From: an uncultured Spirochaetota bacterium
GTDB taxonomy: Bacteria > Spirochaetota > Brevinematia > Brevinematales > JAOACQ01
Direction: 5' to 3'
Assembly (NCBI GenBank): GCA_963835575.1
Contig: CAWIGG010000005.1
Location: forward strand, 64,001-128,000
DNA: 64,000 bases
Part shown: in pieces, positions 9,820 through 19,689 of the stretch
Position numbering within the stretch: position 1 is the stretch's first letter
How the letters are laid out: each line of letters starts with the position of its first letter
Position numbers and translations under genes: made by a program
Notes under the pieces: generated by a model
Seen by the model: only the letters and a program-made list of their open reading frames with translations
What the model was told of the DNA's origin: nothing
Database searches by the model: none

Positions 9820-10573
9820 AAAAATAATCAAAAAAAGTCAAAAAGCTAAAAAACCGTCCCCTGTAAAAAAAACCGTAATTAAGAAAGAAAAGGCCTTTAA
9901 TGCAAAAGCTTTACTGCAATTACTGCTGAAAAGTAAAGGATTCCTGATGGTACGGGAAAAAAGCCGGAAAATAGCTTATTATTTTATCCAATTCATCATC
10001 CGGCCGGCTGAAGCAGTTGATGAGCTGGCTAAAGAAGAAACCGGCCTGTGGACCGGCTTCTGGTGGAACGCCTTTTTTTATTTTGCTTATTCATTGATCG
10101 CTCTGTTATATTGGGCCATCCATCATCCGCCCCAGCAGAATTTATTTTTGACCATTCCAATTGAAAACTGGTATCTGATGCAGGCCTTCACAACCATACC
10201 GGCCGGCTTTGCCGGCATACTCTCATTTTCCGGGATCGCTTATCTGCTTTCTAAGTATTTAGGCGGCAAAGGAAGCTTTGAGAAGACCTTCGCGACGCAG
10301 AGCTTTGCCATGCTGATACCGTCTTTTATTTTCATGCTCATCCCGGAAGGCCTCTTCTTTCCATTCCTGTTTTATATTCATGGGATCCAGACCCTTCCCT
10401 GGCCTAAAATCATTGAGCTGTTCAGAGTGTTCATCCTGCCGGACGCATGGATGATCTTTTTATCAGTGCTTGCCCTGAACAGTGTCCATAAAACAGGCCT
10501 CTTAAAAAGCGCCCTGGTGTTCTTTATTTCCTCCATTCCGACCGTTATCATCATGGCGGTATTTATAAGGTAG
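9812..10573 (+). CDS. Yip1-family membrane protein
   Basis: IIRP..A signature, GGKGSFEKT loop, about 5 TM helices. Confidence 0.7.
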   Translation: MSKKIIKKSQKAKKPSPVKKTVIKKEKAFNAKALLQLLLKSKGFLMVREKSRKIAYYFIQFIIRPAEAVDELAKEETGLWTGFWWNAFFYFAYSLIALLYWAIHHPPQQNLFLTIPIENWYLMQAFTTIPAGFAGILSFSGIAYLLSKYLGGKGSFEKTFATQSFAMLIPSFIFMLIPEGLFFPFLFYIHGIQTLPWPKIIELFRVFILPDAWMIFLSVLALNSVHKTGLLKSALVFFISSIPTVIIMAVFIR

Positions 10574-10580
10574 GTGCAAT

Positions 10581-11133
10581 TTCACTACAAAGACACTAAA
10601 GGAAAGGACCACAAAGGTTTGCCACGGAGACACTGAGGACACCGAGAACTGGAGTATTTGGGGTGTCTTATGAAATAATGGTTCTCTATTATTAGGCATT
10701 CTATGCTTAATTATAATAGAGAGTTTTGTATTAAACACCAAAAGACCAAGGGCACGAAGAAGCACGAAGGGGAACCACGGAAAACACGGAAGATACGGAA
10801 GACATGGGAAATTAATTGGGTGTCTGGTAAATTAGTGGTTCTCTATAATTAGGTTTTCGATACAAAGGATTTTAAATAGAAATCCTTTTGTATCACCGGC
10901 GTAGCCCACCCCCAAAATCCCCGTCAGTGTTCTATATTATAGTCTGAATCGAGTAAAAAAATACAGGCGTCTATAATTAAAACAAAATCCTATGAATCCG
11001 TTTAATCCGTGTAAATCTGCGTGAACAATCGGATATTATAATAAAGAATCTTTATATAACATCTTTAATCATTAAACAAATACTTCGTAAAACAATCTTT
11101 GTGGTCCTTTGTGCCCTTGGTGTCTTGGTGGTT
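10581..11133. repeat. composite intergenic repeat cluster with 9-nt-periodic inverted arms
   Basis: Forward arms CACCAAAAGACCAAGGGCACGAAG and CACGGAAAACACGGAAGATACGGAA; reverse arm CTTTGTGCCCTTGGTGTCTTGGTGGTT. Confidence 0.75.
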
Positions 11134-11152
11134 CAGACACAGGAATTACTAT

Positions 11153-11836
11153 TTAAAAATTATCCAGAAGCCTATATAAAATAGTATGCAGGGCCGCATA
11201 ATCAACTTTATCATCACTTATCATTTCAGGGCTTTGTATATACTTACCCGCTTTGAGTTCATTCCCGCAGTTCTTTACAAGTTTTGAAACTCCTTCGCGC
11301 TCCGCTTCCAGATGGAACTGTAAGGCTAAAATATGATCGTCATAAATAAAAGCCTGGTTTAAACAGGCTTCGCTTTTCGCGAGGCGTACGGCCCCGGCGG
11401 GGATAGTGAATGCGTCGCCATGCCAGTGAAAAGCTTTAAAGCGCGCGGGAATTCCCTCCATCAAGCGGGTCTTTTTAGCCTCTTCCATCAATCCAACATC
11501 AAACCAGCCTATTTCCTTTTCCCTGTTTTTAATGACTTTTGCCCCCAGGACATCGGCCAGAAGCTGGGCGCCGAGGCAGATTCCAATAACCCTGGTTTTT
11601 CTCCTGACAAGTTCTTTCAGGAACCGTTTTTCATTTTTAAGAAACGGATATTCCATTTCCTCATAGACATTCATCGGCCCGCCCATGACAAAAAGGCAGT
11701 CCGGCGAATCCGGATCCGGAAGGCTTTCACCTTTTTGCAGCATTGTCCTTTTTATTTTATGACCTCTTTCCTGCGCCCATTGTCTGACAGCGCCCTCGTT
11801 CTCAAAATCGACATGCCGAATGATGTGGATATTCAT
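11153..11836 (-). CDS. type 1 glutamine amidotransferase
   Basis: GGPM, GICLGAQ (catalytic Cys), QFHLE. Confidence 0.92.
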   Translation of the reverse strand: MNIHIIRHVDFENEGAVRQWAQERGHKIKRTMLQKGESLPDPDSPDCLFVMGGPMNVYEEMEYPFLKNEKRFLKELVRRKTRVIGICLGAQLLADVLGAKVIKNREKEIGWFDVGLMEEAKKTRLMEGIPARFKAFHWHGDAFTIPAGAVRLAKSEACLNQAFIYDDHILALQFHLEAEREGVSKLVKNCGNELKAGKYIQSPEMISDDKVDYAALHTILYRLLDNF

Positions 11837-11928
11837 AAAAGATTCCTCTATAAAGAATGAATTCTGTTTTCGAAGCCATTATTTTGATGATGTTACACCT
11901 AATAAAGATCAAGTACCGGATTAAATAT

Positions 11929-13212
11929 GGGCGGTTTTAAAAACCGCCTAATTTATCAACACTTCCCTGATAATAGAAAATATTTTAAAAATATTTCTGC
12001 CAACAGGTTAAAAACTGTTTCTATTACCAAAATTCAGCCAAACACGGGCAATATTATCCATATCTTCTGTATTTTAAGCCGCACAAGACGCAATTCGACC
12101 TTTTACCACAACATACCGTGCTAAATTATAAACCAGATTCATCAGCCCGATTTGGCTCTCTGCCCTTTCTTTTCCTATCGATCGTATTGTACTGCCGTTC
12201 ATACTATTTTCAACAAAACCAAAAACATGCTCAACACGAACTCGGATGCGGCTCTTTCTTCTATTTTTTTCTTTCTGCTTCTCCGTCAATGGCTTATTTC
12301 TGTATCCTTTTTCGTGAATCCGGTTTTTCATCTCAAATTTTTCTAATATTCCTGCTACCGTTGGGCCAACATATGCGCTGTCCGCGTAAAACGGCTTCCC
12401 TTTGTCTTTCTCATTCAATAGAGGTTCAACTACCTGTGAATCGTGAACGCTCGCATCTGTCGTGACATAAGAACGAATAAGTTTTGACTTCACATCAACC
12501 TTTGTATGGTTTTTGTATCCGTAATGCCTCTCTTTATTCTTGGTCATCCAGCGCGCATCCGTGTCTTTATGGGAAAGCTTATGCGTATTATCTTTCCAAT
12601 CTTCCGGAACCTCGCCTTCTTTTATTTTCTTGTTTTCTTCGCGGCTGTTCCTCTGCCGGGGAACATCCACAAAACTTGCGTCTACCATAACGCCCGCTTT
12701 CCCTATCACACCTTTATTCTCAAGATTCTCATCGAATATTTTAAAAAGTTTCTCTATTGCTTTCGCTTTCGTCAGTTTTTCCTTGAATTCCCAGATTTTA
12801 CTGTAGTCCGGAACTTTGTCCGAAAGTGTTATCCCAAGATATCGCTGAACGGATAACCTGTCATTGATCTGAAATTCCGCTTGCTCATCGGAAAGATTGT
12901 AATACCTCTGGAATATCAGTATCTTGAACATGAAAACATAGTCATAATGTGGCGCTCCGCCCGGCGCCTTCTGCTCTTTCGGCGCCAAAATCTCTGTTAA
13001 CAGCGGCCGGAACATCTCAAAGTCTACAACCCTGTTAAGCTTATCCAGCGGTGTTTTTACGCCGCTTAGCTTTTCCATCCGCTCCTGATATTCAAACAAG
13101 TTACGGTCTTTCCGCTTAATTTTTGTCATAGCCTTACCTCTGTTTTCTTTGACTATGATTATATGTTTTTATATACTATTTGTATATGATACGTGGGTTT
13201 TTCAAACCGCCC
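11929..13212 (-). mobile_element. IS5-family insertion sequence
   Basis: TIRs GGGCGGTTT(T/G)AAAAACC, 4-bp TSD ATAT (11925-11928 and 13213-13216), transposase inside. Confidence 0.92.
12074..13129 (-). CDS. IS5 family transposase
   Basis: LSDEQAE, VDAS, YGYKNH, HDSQ, ADSAY, RVRVEHVFG motifs. Confidence 0.95.
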   Translation of the reverse strand: MTKIKRKDRNLFEYQERMEKLSGVKTPLDKLNRVVDFEMFRPLLTEILAPKEQKAPGGAPHYDYVFMFKILIFQRYYNLSDEQAEFQINDRLSVQRYLGITLSDKVPDYSKIWEFKEKLTKAKAIEKLFKIFDENLENKGVIGKAGVMVDASFVDVPRQRNSREENKKIKEGEVPEDWKDNTHKLSHKDTDARWMTKNKERHYGYKNHTKVDVKSKLIRSYVTTDASVHDSQVVEPLLNEKDKGKPFYADSAYVGPTVAGILEKFEMKNRIHEKGYRNKPLTEKQKEKNRRKSRIRVRVEHVFGFVENSMNGSTIRSIGKERAESQIGLMNLVYNLARYVVVKGRIASCAA

Positions 13213-13753
13213 ATATATAACTGCCGCTGCTGTTTGAAAAAGACTTATCGACTTCCATGAGGATTCTGTACTCATGATACCCTTCAGATATGGTAAAAAT
13301 ATGGTTTGAACTGGCTGATGTTAATATACTGATGTTATTGATATTGATTATGCTCCCATTGCTGTAAACCAGGTATGCATCATCAACATACAGTCCGATA
13401 GATGGGTAATCTCCGAGATAGCCGTTCCCTTCATTTCCATCATCCTCTGAAACAAGCGGATTATTGGTTTTATAACTGAACAGATTGTCCACTGTCACAT
13501 TGGAACCGAGCTGTAGTGTGTTGCCGTCATATCCGCTGCGAAGCAATAAAACATCCATATTGATATGAAGTGAAATAAAATTGCTGTTTGTAGTATCGGT
13601 ACATGCAAAAAAATACTTTGAATGGAAATCAAAATAAGGAAGCTTGTTATCAGAACCGGCGCTGGAACCGGCTCCGGACGAACAGGCCTGAAAGGATAAC
13701 ACAGCCGTTCCAAGAATAAAGAGTAATTTGATCTGTTTCAATAGAAAATTCAT
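13202..13753 (-). CDS. lipoprotein with C-terminus replaced by IS5 insertion
   Basis: Lipobox FQAC; final WAV* comes from the IS5 TIR; native end FNPVLDLY* reconstructs across the IS to a stop at 11899. Confidence 0.75.
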   Translation of the reverse strand: MNFLLKQIKLLFILGTAVLSFQACSSGAGSSAGSDNKLPYFDFHSKYFFACTDTTNSNFISLHINMDVLLLRSGYDGNTLQLGSNVTVDNLFSYKTNNPLVSEDDGNEGNGYLGDYPSIGLYVDDAYLVYSNGSIININNISILTSASSNHIFTISEGYHEYRILMEVDKSFSNSSGSYIWAV

Positions 13754-13976
13754 TAGATCCTCCTCAACAAAATATTTCGCTATCAGTATAACAAATAAAA
13801 ATAAAAAATATATATTTTTGCAATAAATTTTTTCTCATGGCAAAATTGAAGAAGCCAGATAGAATTTTTAATCAGAATTACTGTTTAGGCTTATAGCTTG
13901 TTTTTATAATTCTTTCTTTTCGATCCAAAATATTGATAATTCTTCAAATTTATTATAGAATATTCCCGGTTTACTT

Positions 13977-14060
13977 GCCGGGGTGGCGGAATTGGCAGAC
14001 GCGCTAGATTCAGGTTCTAGTAGGTTCACGCCTGTGTGGGTTCAAGTCCCGTCCCCGGCA
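13977..14060 (+). tRNA. tRNA-Leu(CAG)
   Basis: GCCGGGG acceptor stem, D arm GGCGGAATTGGCAGACGC, anticodon arm CTAGA-TTCAGGT-TCTAG, long variable arm, GGTTCAAGTCC; CCA not encoded. Confidence 0.96.
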
Positions 14061-14081
14061 ATATTTTTAGGGAGTAATAGG

Positions 14082-14804
14082 ATGCTCAGGAACCGGCTTT
14101 TTTCAGCAGTGTTTTTTGCGCTGTTTATTTTATTTTCAACCGCTTTTTCCGCAAAAAAAATCGCAGTTTTCACGGCTGATAATATCTTACAGCTGATCAA
14201 GGAAAAGATTTCACAGACTAAAACTTTTTCAGGATCGTTTGTTTACGCTTATAATAACAAAGCTTACGGCGGATTGATCAAGTATAAATCACCCAACAGA
14301 TTCCTGATGTCTTTTTACGGCAAGTCCAGCACCGGGGCTGTTGTAGAAACGGGACAGAAATTTATATCCGACGGAAAAAACTTATGGCTTGTTTTTAAAG
14401 ACCAGAATATAGCCATTAACGAAACGCTGGAAAAAAGCAAAAAGACGCCGCTTATCGGATGGAATATTGACAGGCTTCTGAAAGAATATGTCGCCACTCT
14501 GCCTAAAACCGGCTATCTTGTCCGTTATCAGAATACCGACTGTTATAAAATTCTTTTTGTGCCGAAAAGCAATACGGCCGGTTTTAAATCCATCAATATG
14601 ATCGCCGGGATGGAAGGTGAAATATTAAAAGTGGAAGCTCAAAACCAGATGGGCATCACGGTTGAACTGGGAATAAAATATGAGCCGTCCAGCATTAATC
14701 AGCCTATCGGCGACCAGAATTTTGAATTTCAGCCTGATGAAAACACTCAGATATATGAAAACATACTGCTCCCTAAAAATGAAGATACGGATCAAAGCGA
14801 ATAG
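14082..14804 (+). CDS. lolA: LolA-like outer-membrane lipoprotein carrier protein
   Basis: Signal peptide, YKSPNRF, FISDGKNLW, FEFQPDEN; start set downstream of the tRNA. Confidence 0.75.
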   Translation: MLRNRLFSAVFFALFILFSTAFSAKKIAVFTADNILQLIKEKISQTKTFSGSFVYAYNNKAYGGLIKYKSPNRFLMSFYGKSSTGAVVETGQKFISDGKNLWLVFKDQNIAINETLEKSKKTPLIGWNIDRLLKEYVATLPKTGYLVRYQNTDCYKILFVPKSNTAGFKSINMIAGMEGEILKVEAQNQMGITVELGIKYEPSSINQPIGDQNFEFQPDENTQIYENILLPKNEDTDQSE

Positions 14805-14899
14805 AATGCCGGTCAGCGGGTTTTTTCCGGCTGTAATGTACTGATTAATGCGGCATAATCCGCAGCTTTCATATCAATATATAGTAATAGGAGTGTCAC

Positions 14900-15685
14900 A
14901 TGAAAAAAATATTAGCTCTCCTTGTCGTAACGGGCTTATTTCTCGGCTGCTCTGTGACCAGTGAAAAATACAGGTATAAATGGCGGTTTGATAAATTTTA
15001 CAGCCTTTTGAATAATGAGGAAAAAGGCTGTTTCGCATCCAATGATCTGGATAAATTGGGCGCTTCTCTTAAATCACGCCTTGCAGGCGATAAAAAGCTC
15101 AAGGAAAATTGGGACAATGTACAATACTATGAAGCGATAAAGACATTTGACGCTCTTGAAACAGCGCATTTTTTCAGGGCGGTAATTCTGAAAGAGCTGA
15201 ACCGGGATAATTATTATATCTTTATGAATATGCTGGACGGAAAAGCCCAGCAGGAATTCGCGAAAAACAGCAATTTTTCCGCTGAGTTTGAAAAGTATTA
15301 TAAAACCAATTCCCGCTTTAAAAGCCTTATTGATTCTCTTAAAATAGAATACCGGCTGTACGGTTTTTCGAATGAACAGGTAAGCCGTTTTTTAAGGGAT
15401 GTCATATTTCCGGATGTATCGCGGAAAGAATTATTTACACTGCTTAAACTGCTGAAAGACAGCCAGGTATTGGCTGAATTCAAAGCCGGGAATATTCCCG
15501 CAGCCTCCAAAAAAATAACCGCCGATGTTCAGAGTTCGCCGACCCTGGCTTTAAATCTGCAGAAGATAATGCGCAACAGCGGTTTAACACATATATCCGT
15601 GAATGACCTGCTGGATATATATAATCAGGTTATTATGAAAGAAATGGACTCTTATGCTCTATCGCAGACTTTGTCCAAATTTTAA
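14900..15685 (+). CDS. hypothetical lipoprotein
   Basis: Lipobox FLGC, GGAG SD. Confidence 0.75.
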   Translation: MKKILALLVVTGLFLGCSVTSEKYRYKWRFDKFYSLLNNEEKGCFASNDLDKLGASLKSRLAGDKKLKENWDNVQYYEAIKTFDALETAHFFRAVILKELNRDNYYIFMNMLDGKAQQEFAKNSNFSAEFEKYYKTNSRFKSLIDSLKIEYRLYGFSNEQVSRFLRDVIFPDVSRKELFTLLKLLKDSQVLAEFKAGNIPAASKKITADVQSSPTLALNLQKIMRNSGLTHISVNDLLDIYNQVIMKEMDSYALSQTLSKF

Positions 15686-15694
15686 CCGGGGTAA

Positions 15695-16066
15695 TTGATG
15701 GAACTGCTCGATGTAATATTAAAGGAACTGGAACGGTTAAAATTGCGTGATATCAGACAGTTTCATTCCGGCGGAAAATCAATCATTGCCGACCACTTTT
15801 TTGTGGCGACTTCCGACAGCATTATTCAGATGGAAGCGGTCAGGAGTAATCTGGTCGATTTTATGAAAAGCCGTAAAATCGCGCTGAAGAACAACCTTGA
15901 GGAATGGCACGGCGGCTGGCTTCTGCTGGATTTCAACGATATCATCATTCATATTTTTCTTGAAGAGAGGCGGAGCTTCTTTCAAATCGACCGCCTGCTG
16001 GAAAGCTCGGATTTTGATCTTCAGGGAATCAAGGAATACAAAACAAGGCAGAAAAAAGTCACATAG
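15695..16066 (+). CDS. rsfS: ribosome silencing factor RsfS (Iojap)
   Basis: IADHFFVATSDS and GWLLLDFNDIIIHIF..E.R motifs. Confidence 0.88.
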   Translation: MMELLDVILKELERLKLRDIRQFHSGGKSIIADHFFVATSDSIIQMEAVRSNLVDFMKSRKIALKNNLEEWHGGWLLLDFNDIIIHIFLEERRSFFQIDRLLESSDFDLQGIKEYKTRQKKVT

Positions 16067-16075
16067 GAAATATTA

Positions 16076-16627
16076 ATGAAATGGCTTTTTTTAATACCTG
16101 CCGTAATACTACTTCTCTTTTCCTGCTCGCCTCCTGTTAAATCTGTCAGGGAAGATCAAAATAGTTCAACCTATCAGTTCAATTATTATCCCTATAACAT
16201 TCTCAATGTCGAAGATAAAGAATTATACAATACCGCTTTTAATATAATACGGAATAAACTTGTCTATCTGATTGATAAAACATTCGCCGGCACGCCCGAC
16301 CTGATCGGCTTGATCTTCGAATTAAGGAAAGAAGGGCGGAAAAAGGAATTCGAAGATATTATGAAGAATAAACACCTCCGGGGATGGAACATATTTGATA
16401 CCGACGCCATTCCTCTTTCTCAGGAAGAAATTGACGAAATAAACTCCGGCCAGGTCGGCGATAAAACGGCACAGCTTCCAAAGGCTTTATTTTTTATTCA
16501 AAAAGATGAAGATAAAGCTGTTGTTTATGTCAGGTACTGGCTCCTCCGGTATAAAAACTATAATTTCATTTATCACATGGAAAAATCCGGCCGCTGGAGC
16601 GTCATCAGCGCCGACGATTTAAATTAA
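16076..16627 (+). CDS. hypothetical lipoprotein
   Basis: Lipobox LFSC. Confidence 0.7.
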   Translation: MKWLFLIPAVILLLFSCSPPVKSVREDQNSSTYQFNYYPYNILNVEDKELYNTAFNIIRNKLVYLIDKTFAGTPDLIGLIFELRKEGRKKEFEDIMKNKHLRGWNIFDTDAIPLSQEEIDEINSGQVGDKTAQLPKALFFIQKDEDKAVVYVRYWLLRYKNYNFIYHMEKSGRWSVISADDLN

Positions 16628-19272
16628 AACCTGGACTCCAGTATCTTACCGACCGATGCCCTGATTTCCTCCATATTTCCTGTATTAATACGGACAGGGC
16701 TTCTCAGCACAAAAATATCATGGACATACCAGCCCATGGTGTCGATATGGGCGCTCAGTATTTCAAAGCCGCTTTTAGTGAGAAAGCCGGCCGCGTCAAA
16801 AAGAAGGGCGGGCCTGTCCATTCCGGTGATTTCCATTGTATAGAGTAATTCTCTTTTTTCCTCAAAACTGACGGCCGCTTCCCTGTGAAAAACAAGGGGA
16901 GGTTTTTTCATACGCATTTTCATTATTTCAATCGCGTCTTCAAGCTGTTCCCATTGATTCTGATATTTTTTCAGAAGCGCGGCCAGGTCTTCACGCCAGA
17001 GATTCAATTCATCCTTCATGTGGTCCATAAAATCGACGCCGAAAATCCTGGTCACTGTAAATTCATCAACGGCTATACCTTTGTAAGTATTGATTTCCGC
17101 CCTGACAATATCAGCGCCGTTCAGGGCCAGGACCCCGCAGAAAAAGGCAAAAAGCCCTTTCCTGTCCGGTCCGAATATTTTTACTTTAAAATAATCGTTA
17201 TAGCCCCTGACCTTCAGTGAAAATTCATCATACCGTATATTCTGTATGGTCTCATAATCAAAGAGGATCTCCTTCTCCTGGTTCTGAAAGGAATAGGAAG
17301 GCCCCATTTCTTTAATAAATTCAGAAATTTCCTTTTTTCTATTATCAAGGAGCGTTTTGACGATTTCATTCCGCCTGCCTTTCGAACGGACCCGGGCCGC
17401 TTTCCCGCCTAAAAAGGGCAGCGTATTTCTATAAAGCAGTGTCAGCAATTCAGCAGTATAGCTTTTAAAGTTCGATGGTTTTGTGGCGTATATATCGCAG
17501 TATGTCATTAAATAGAGCGAGTCAAAGTATTCCTGAGGGAAAGGGGTCATAATAAAACGCCCTGCCAGGTCCTGAAGAAGAGACGCGTCGGCTATATTGT
17601 TCCTGCGCGTCAGGTTGGCAAACAGCAGGTGATTATCGATCAGGAAAAGGATCAGCCCCCGCGCCATCGGCTTGACAGGAAGAATGGTTAAAAGCTCATC
17701 CGCCATCTCAACGCCGTTTTTTGAATGGTCGCCTTCATAGGCTTTACCGATATCATGGAAGAGTATGGCCAGTTTAATAAGCCAGGTGTTCTTTTTATAA
17801 AAATTGTACACCTGGATAAAATGACGGAATTTCATATTCTTTTTCGGGTCTCTCTCCGTAAAATTCAAGCTTTCCAGGGCCTGAACCGCCTCAATGGCAT
17901 GCTGGTCCACGGTAAACTGATGATACGGATTATAGATGATCAGATGCTTTATCTTTTTAAACGGAGTGAGATACACATAGAGCATTCCGGACAGTTTCAT
18001 AATGCTCAAAGCCAGAGCCGAATTATTAAGAGCTAAAATTTTTCTGAAGTAATTGAACACTTCTTTCGATTTTCTTGTTTCATCATTCATCAGTTTCGCG
18101 CATTCCCTGACATAATGGATCAGGCTGAAAGTAAACATGCATCCGGCCCTGCAGCAGAGATAGACCGCCTGGAACGCATTCTCGACGGATATTCCGGCCC
18201 CTTCCCTGACATATAAACGTTTGTTATAAATGATAAAATGCCTTTCCAGTTTCCGGCCCCAGTTTCCTTTCTTACTTTTAACGCCCCTGATGAAGCGGAG
18301 GTGGAAATCATCAATTATATAAAGCAGGGATAAAAATATATCCAGCGATTTATCATAATACTTTTTCATCAGCCTTTTTGCTTTTTCCTCGCCCGCACCT
18401 CTTATACCCAGCTGTTCCGAGACAAAAAACTGGTCGTCAATCAGGAAATGGTCATTTTTCCTTTCACTTTTAAAATGAAGAATATTTCTGATATAAAGCA
18501 GAAAATCATAAGCGGCATATGTTCTTTTATAATACATGTGAGGAAGACTTTTTTCCAGGCCGGCAAGTCCTGCCTGAAAAGTAAAAGCGTAATTCAGCCA
18601 TTCCATCAGATGAACGCTCCGCAAACCCCCGATGCTGCTTTTTATATCCGGCTCCTTTAAAAGGATTTCATTACCGGAATCACGTATGAGCTTATAGAAC
18701 TCCTCCATCTGCGACCTGAGATAATTCAGACGTATTGATGAAATGATTTTTTTAAGCAGCGATTCCATGCTCTTGTAAAGGTCTTCATCGCCTTTCAAAA
18801 ATCTTGCCTCAAATAAGGATGTCATAAACTCTATATCAACCCTTGCATGCCCGGATAAATTTTCAAGAGTCCGTACGCTTGATCCGATTTTGTAATCGCA
18901 ATCCCAGAGAAGGGTCAGAAACTCATGGGCAAAACTTTCTATCGGCGCGTTCTCCGAGTGGAGGATAAGAAGATCAATATCCGAAAAGGGCGATAATTCG
19001 CCCCTGCCGTATCCTCCGACAGCTATAACAGATATCTGCTCAGGAACGCCCCCGATGAATTCTATTACTTTATTGATCACCTTGTCCCTGAACCGGGATA
19101 ATAAATTTACCGTTTTCAGCCCTAAGCCCGGATGCCACGAAGCGCCGCTTTCCATCTGCATGAATTTATGAAATTCATTTTCAACATCTTTTATATTTTT
19201 TATAAAAGCCGTTCTGTCTTGATTGATAAGAATCTCATTAATTTTTGTAAAGAGGCTTTCAGAACCATTCAT
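16624..19272 (-). CDS. glnD: [protein-PII] uridylyltransferase
   Basis: AVGGYGRGELSPFSDIDLL, EPDIK..GGLR, H.FTVD.H, HDIGK, two C-terminal ACT domains (DRKGLF, DRPALL). Confidence 0.93.
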   Translation of the reverse strand: MNGSESLFTKINEILINQDRTAFIKNIKDVENEFHKFMQMESGASWHPGLGLKTVNLLSRFRDKVINKVIEFIGGVPEQISVIAVGGYGRGELSPFSDIDLLILHSENAPIESFAHEFLTLLWDCDYKIGSSVRTLENLSGHARVDIEFMTSLFEARFLKGDEDLYKSMESLLKKIISSIRLNYLRSQMEEFYKLIRDSGNEILLKEPDIKSSIGGLRSVHLMEWLNYAFTFQAGLAGLEKSLPHMYYKRTYAAYDFLLYIRNILHFKSERKNDHFLIDDQFFVSEQLGIRGAGEEKAKRLMKKYYDKSLDIFLSLLYIIDDFHLRFIRGVKSKKGNWGRKLERHFIIYNKRLYVREGAGISVENAFQAVYLCCRAGCMFTFSLIHYVRECAKLMNDETRKSKEVFNYFRKILALNNSALALSIMKLSGMLYVYLTPFKKIKHLIIYNPYHQFTVDQHAIEAVQALESLNFTERDPKKNMKFRHFIQVYNFYKKNTWLIKLAILFHDIGKAYEGDHSKNGVEMADELLTILPVKPMARGLILFLIDNHLLFANLTRRNNIADASLLQDLAGRFIMTPFPQEYFDSLYLMTYCDIYATKPSNFKSYTAELLTLLYRNTLPFLGGKAARVRSKGRRNEIVKTLLDNRKKEISEFIKEMGPSYSFQNQEKEILFDYETIQNIRYDEFSLKVRGYNDYFKVKIFGPDRKGLFAFFCGVLALNGADIVRAEINTYKGIAVDEFTVTRIFGVDFMDHMKDELNLWREDLAALLKKYQNQWEQLEDAIEIMKMRMKKPPLVFHREAAVSFEEKRELLYTMEITGMDRPALLFDAAGFLTKSGFEILSAHIDTMGWYVHDIFVLRSPVRINTGNMEEIRASVGKILESRF

Positions 19273-19300
19273 CCAACTTTTCTCTCTTTTTTTATTTATT

Positions 19301-19327
19301 AAAGCGGAGGGATAAACCCTCCGCTTT
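19301..19327. terminator. hairpin between glnK and glnD
   Basis: AAAGCGGAGGG-ATAAA-CCCTCCGCTTT. Confidence 0.6.
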
Positions 19328-19334
19328 ATCTTAT

Positions 19335-19673
19335 CTATATGGCTGTTTCACCGCGTTCTTTAGTTCTGACCCTTACGGCATCTTCAACATTGGTAATAAA
19401 TATCTTGCCGTCACCTATCTGTCCGGTACCGGCAATATCCAGAATCGCTTCTATGACCTTTTCAACTTTATCATTATTTGTAACAATCTCAATTTTAATT
19501 TTTGGAATGAATTTTATTTCATACTCGCGTCCCCTGAAAAGCTCTTTCATTCCCTTCTGTCTGCCGTGGCCCTGCACTTCAGTATAATTCAAACCGGAAT
19601 AACCTAGCTCCGAAAGCTTTTCCACAACCGCTTCCAGCTTATCAGGTCTTACGATCGCTTCTATTTTCTTCAT
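19335..19673 (-). CDS. glnK: P-II nitrogen regulatory protein
   Basis: MKKIEAIVRP, GHGRQKG, RGREY (Tyr51), TGQIGDGKIF; adjacent to amtB. Confidence 0.95.
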   Translation of the reverse strand: MKKIEAIVRPDKLEAVVEKLSELGYSGLNYTEVQGHGRQKGMKELFRGREYEIKFIPKIKIEIVTNNDKVEKVIEAILDIAGTGQIGDGKIFITNVEDAVRVRTKERGETAI

Positions 19674-19689
19674 ATATTTCCTCCTCTAT

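Noticed and set aside
10581..11133. Repeat clusters considered as CRISPR or integron attC arrays
   Set aside because: No constant repeat/spacer lengths, no RYYYAAC/GTTRRRY boxes, no cas or intI
13977..14060. tRNA-Leu as an island integration site
   Set aside because: No duplicated tRNA 3' end or integrase seen in the window
13983..14081. N-terminal extension of the LolA ORF
   Set aside because: It is tRNA-Leu read as codons; real start is ATG 14082
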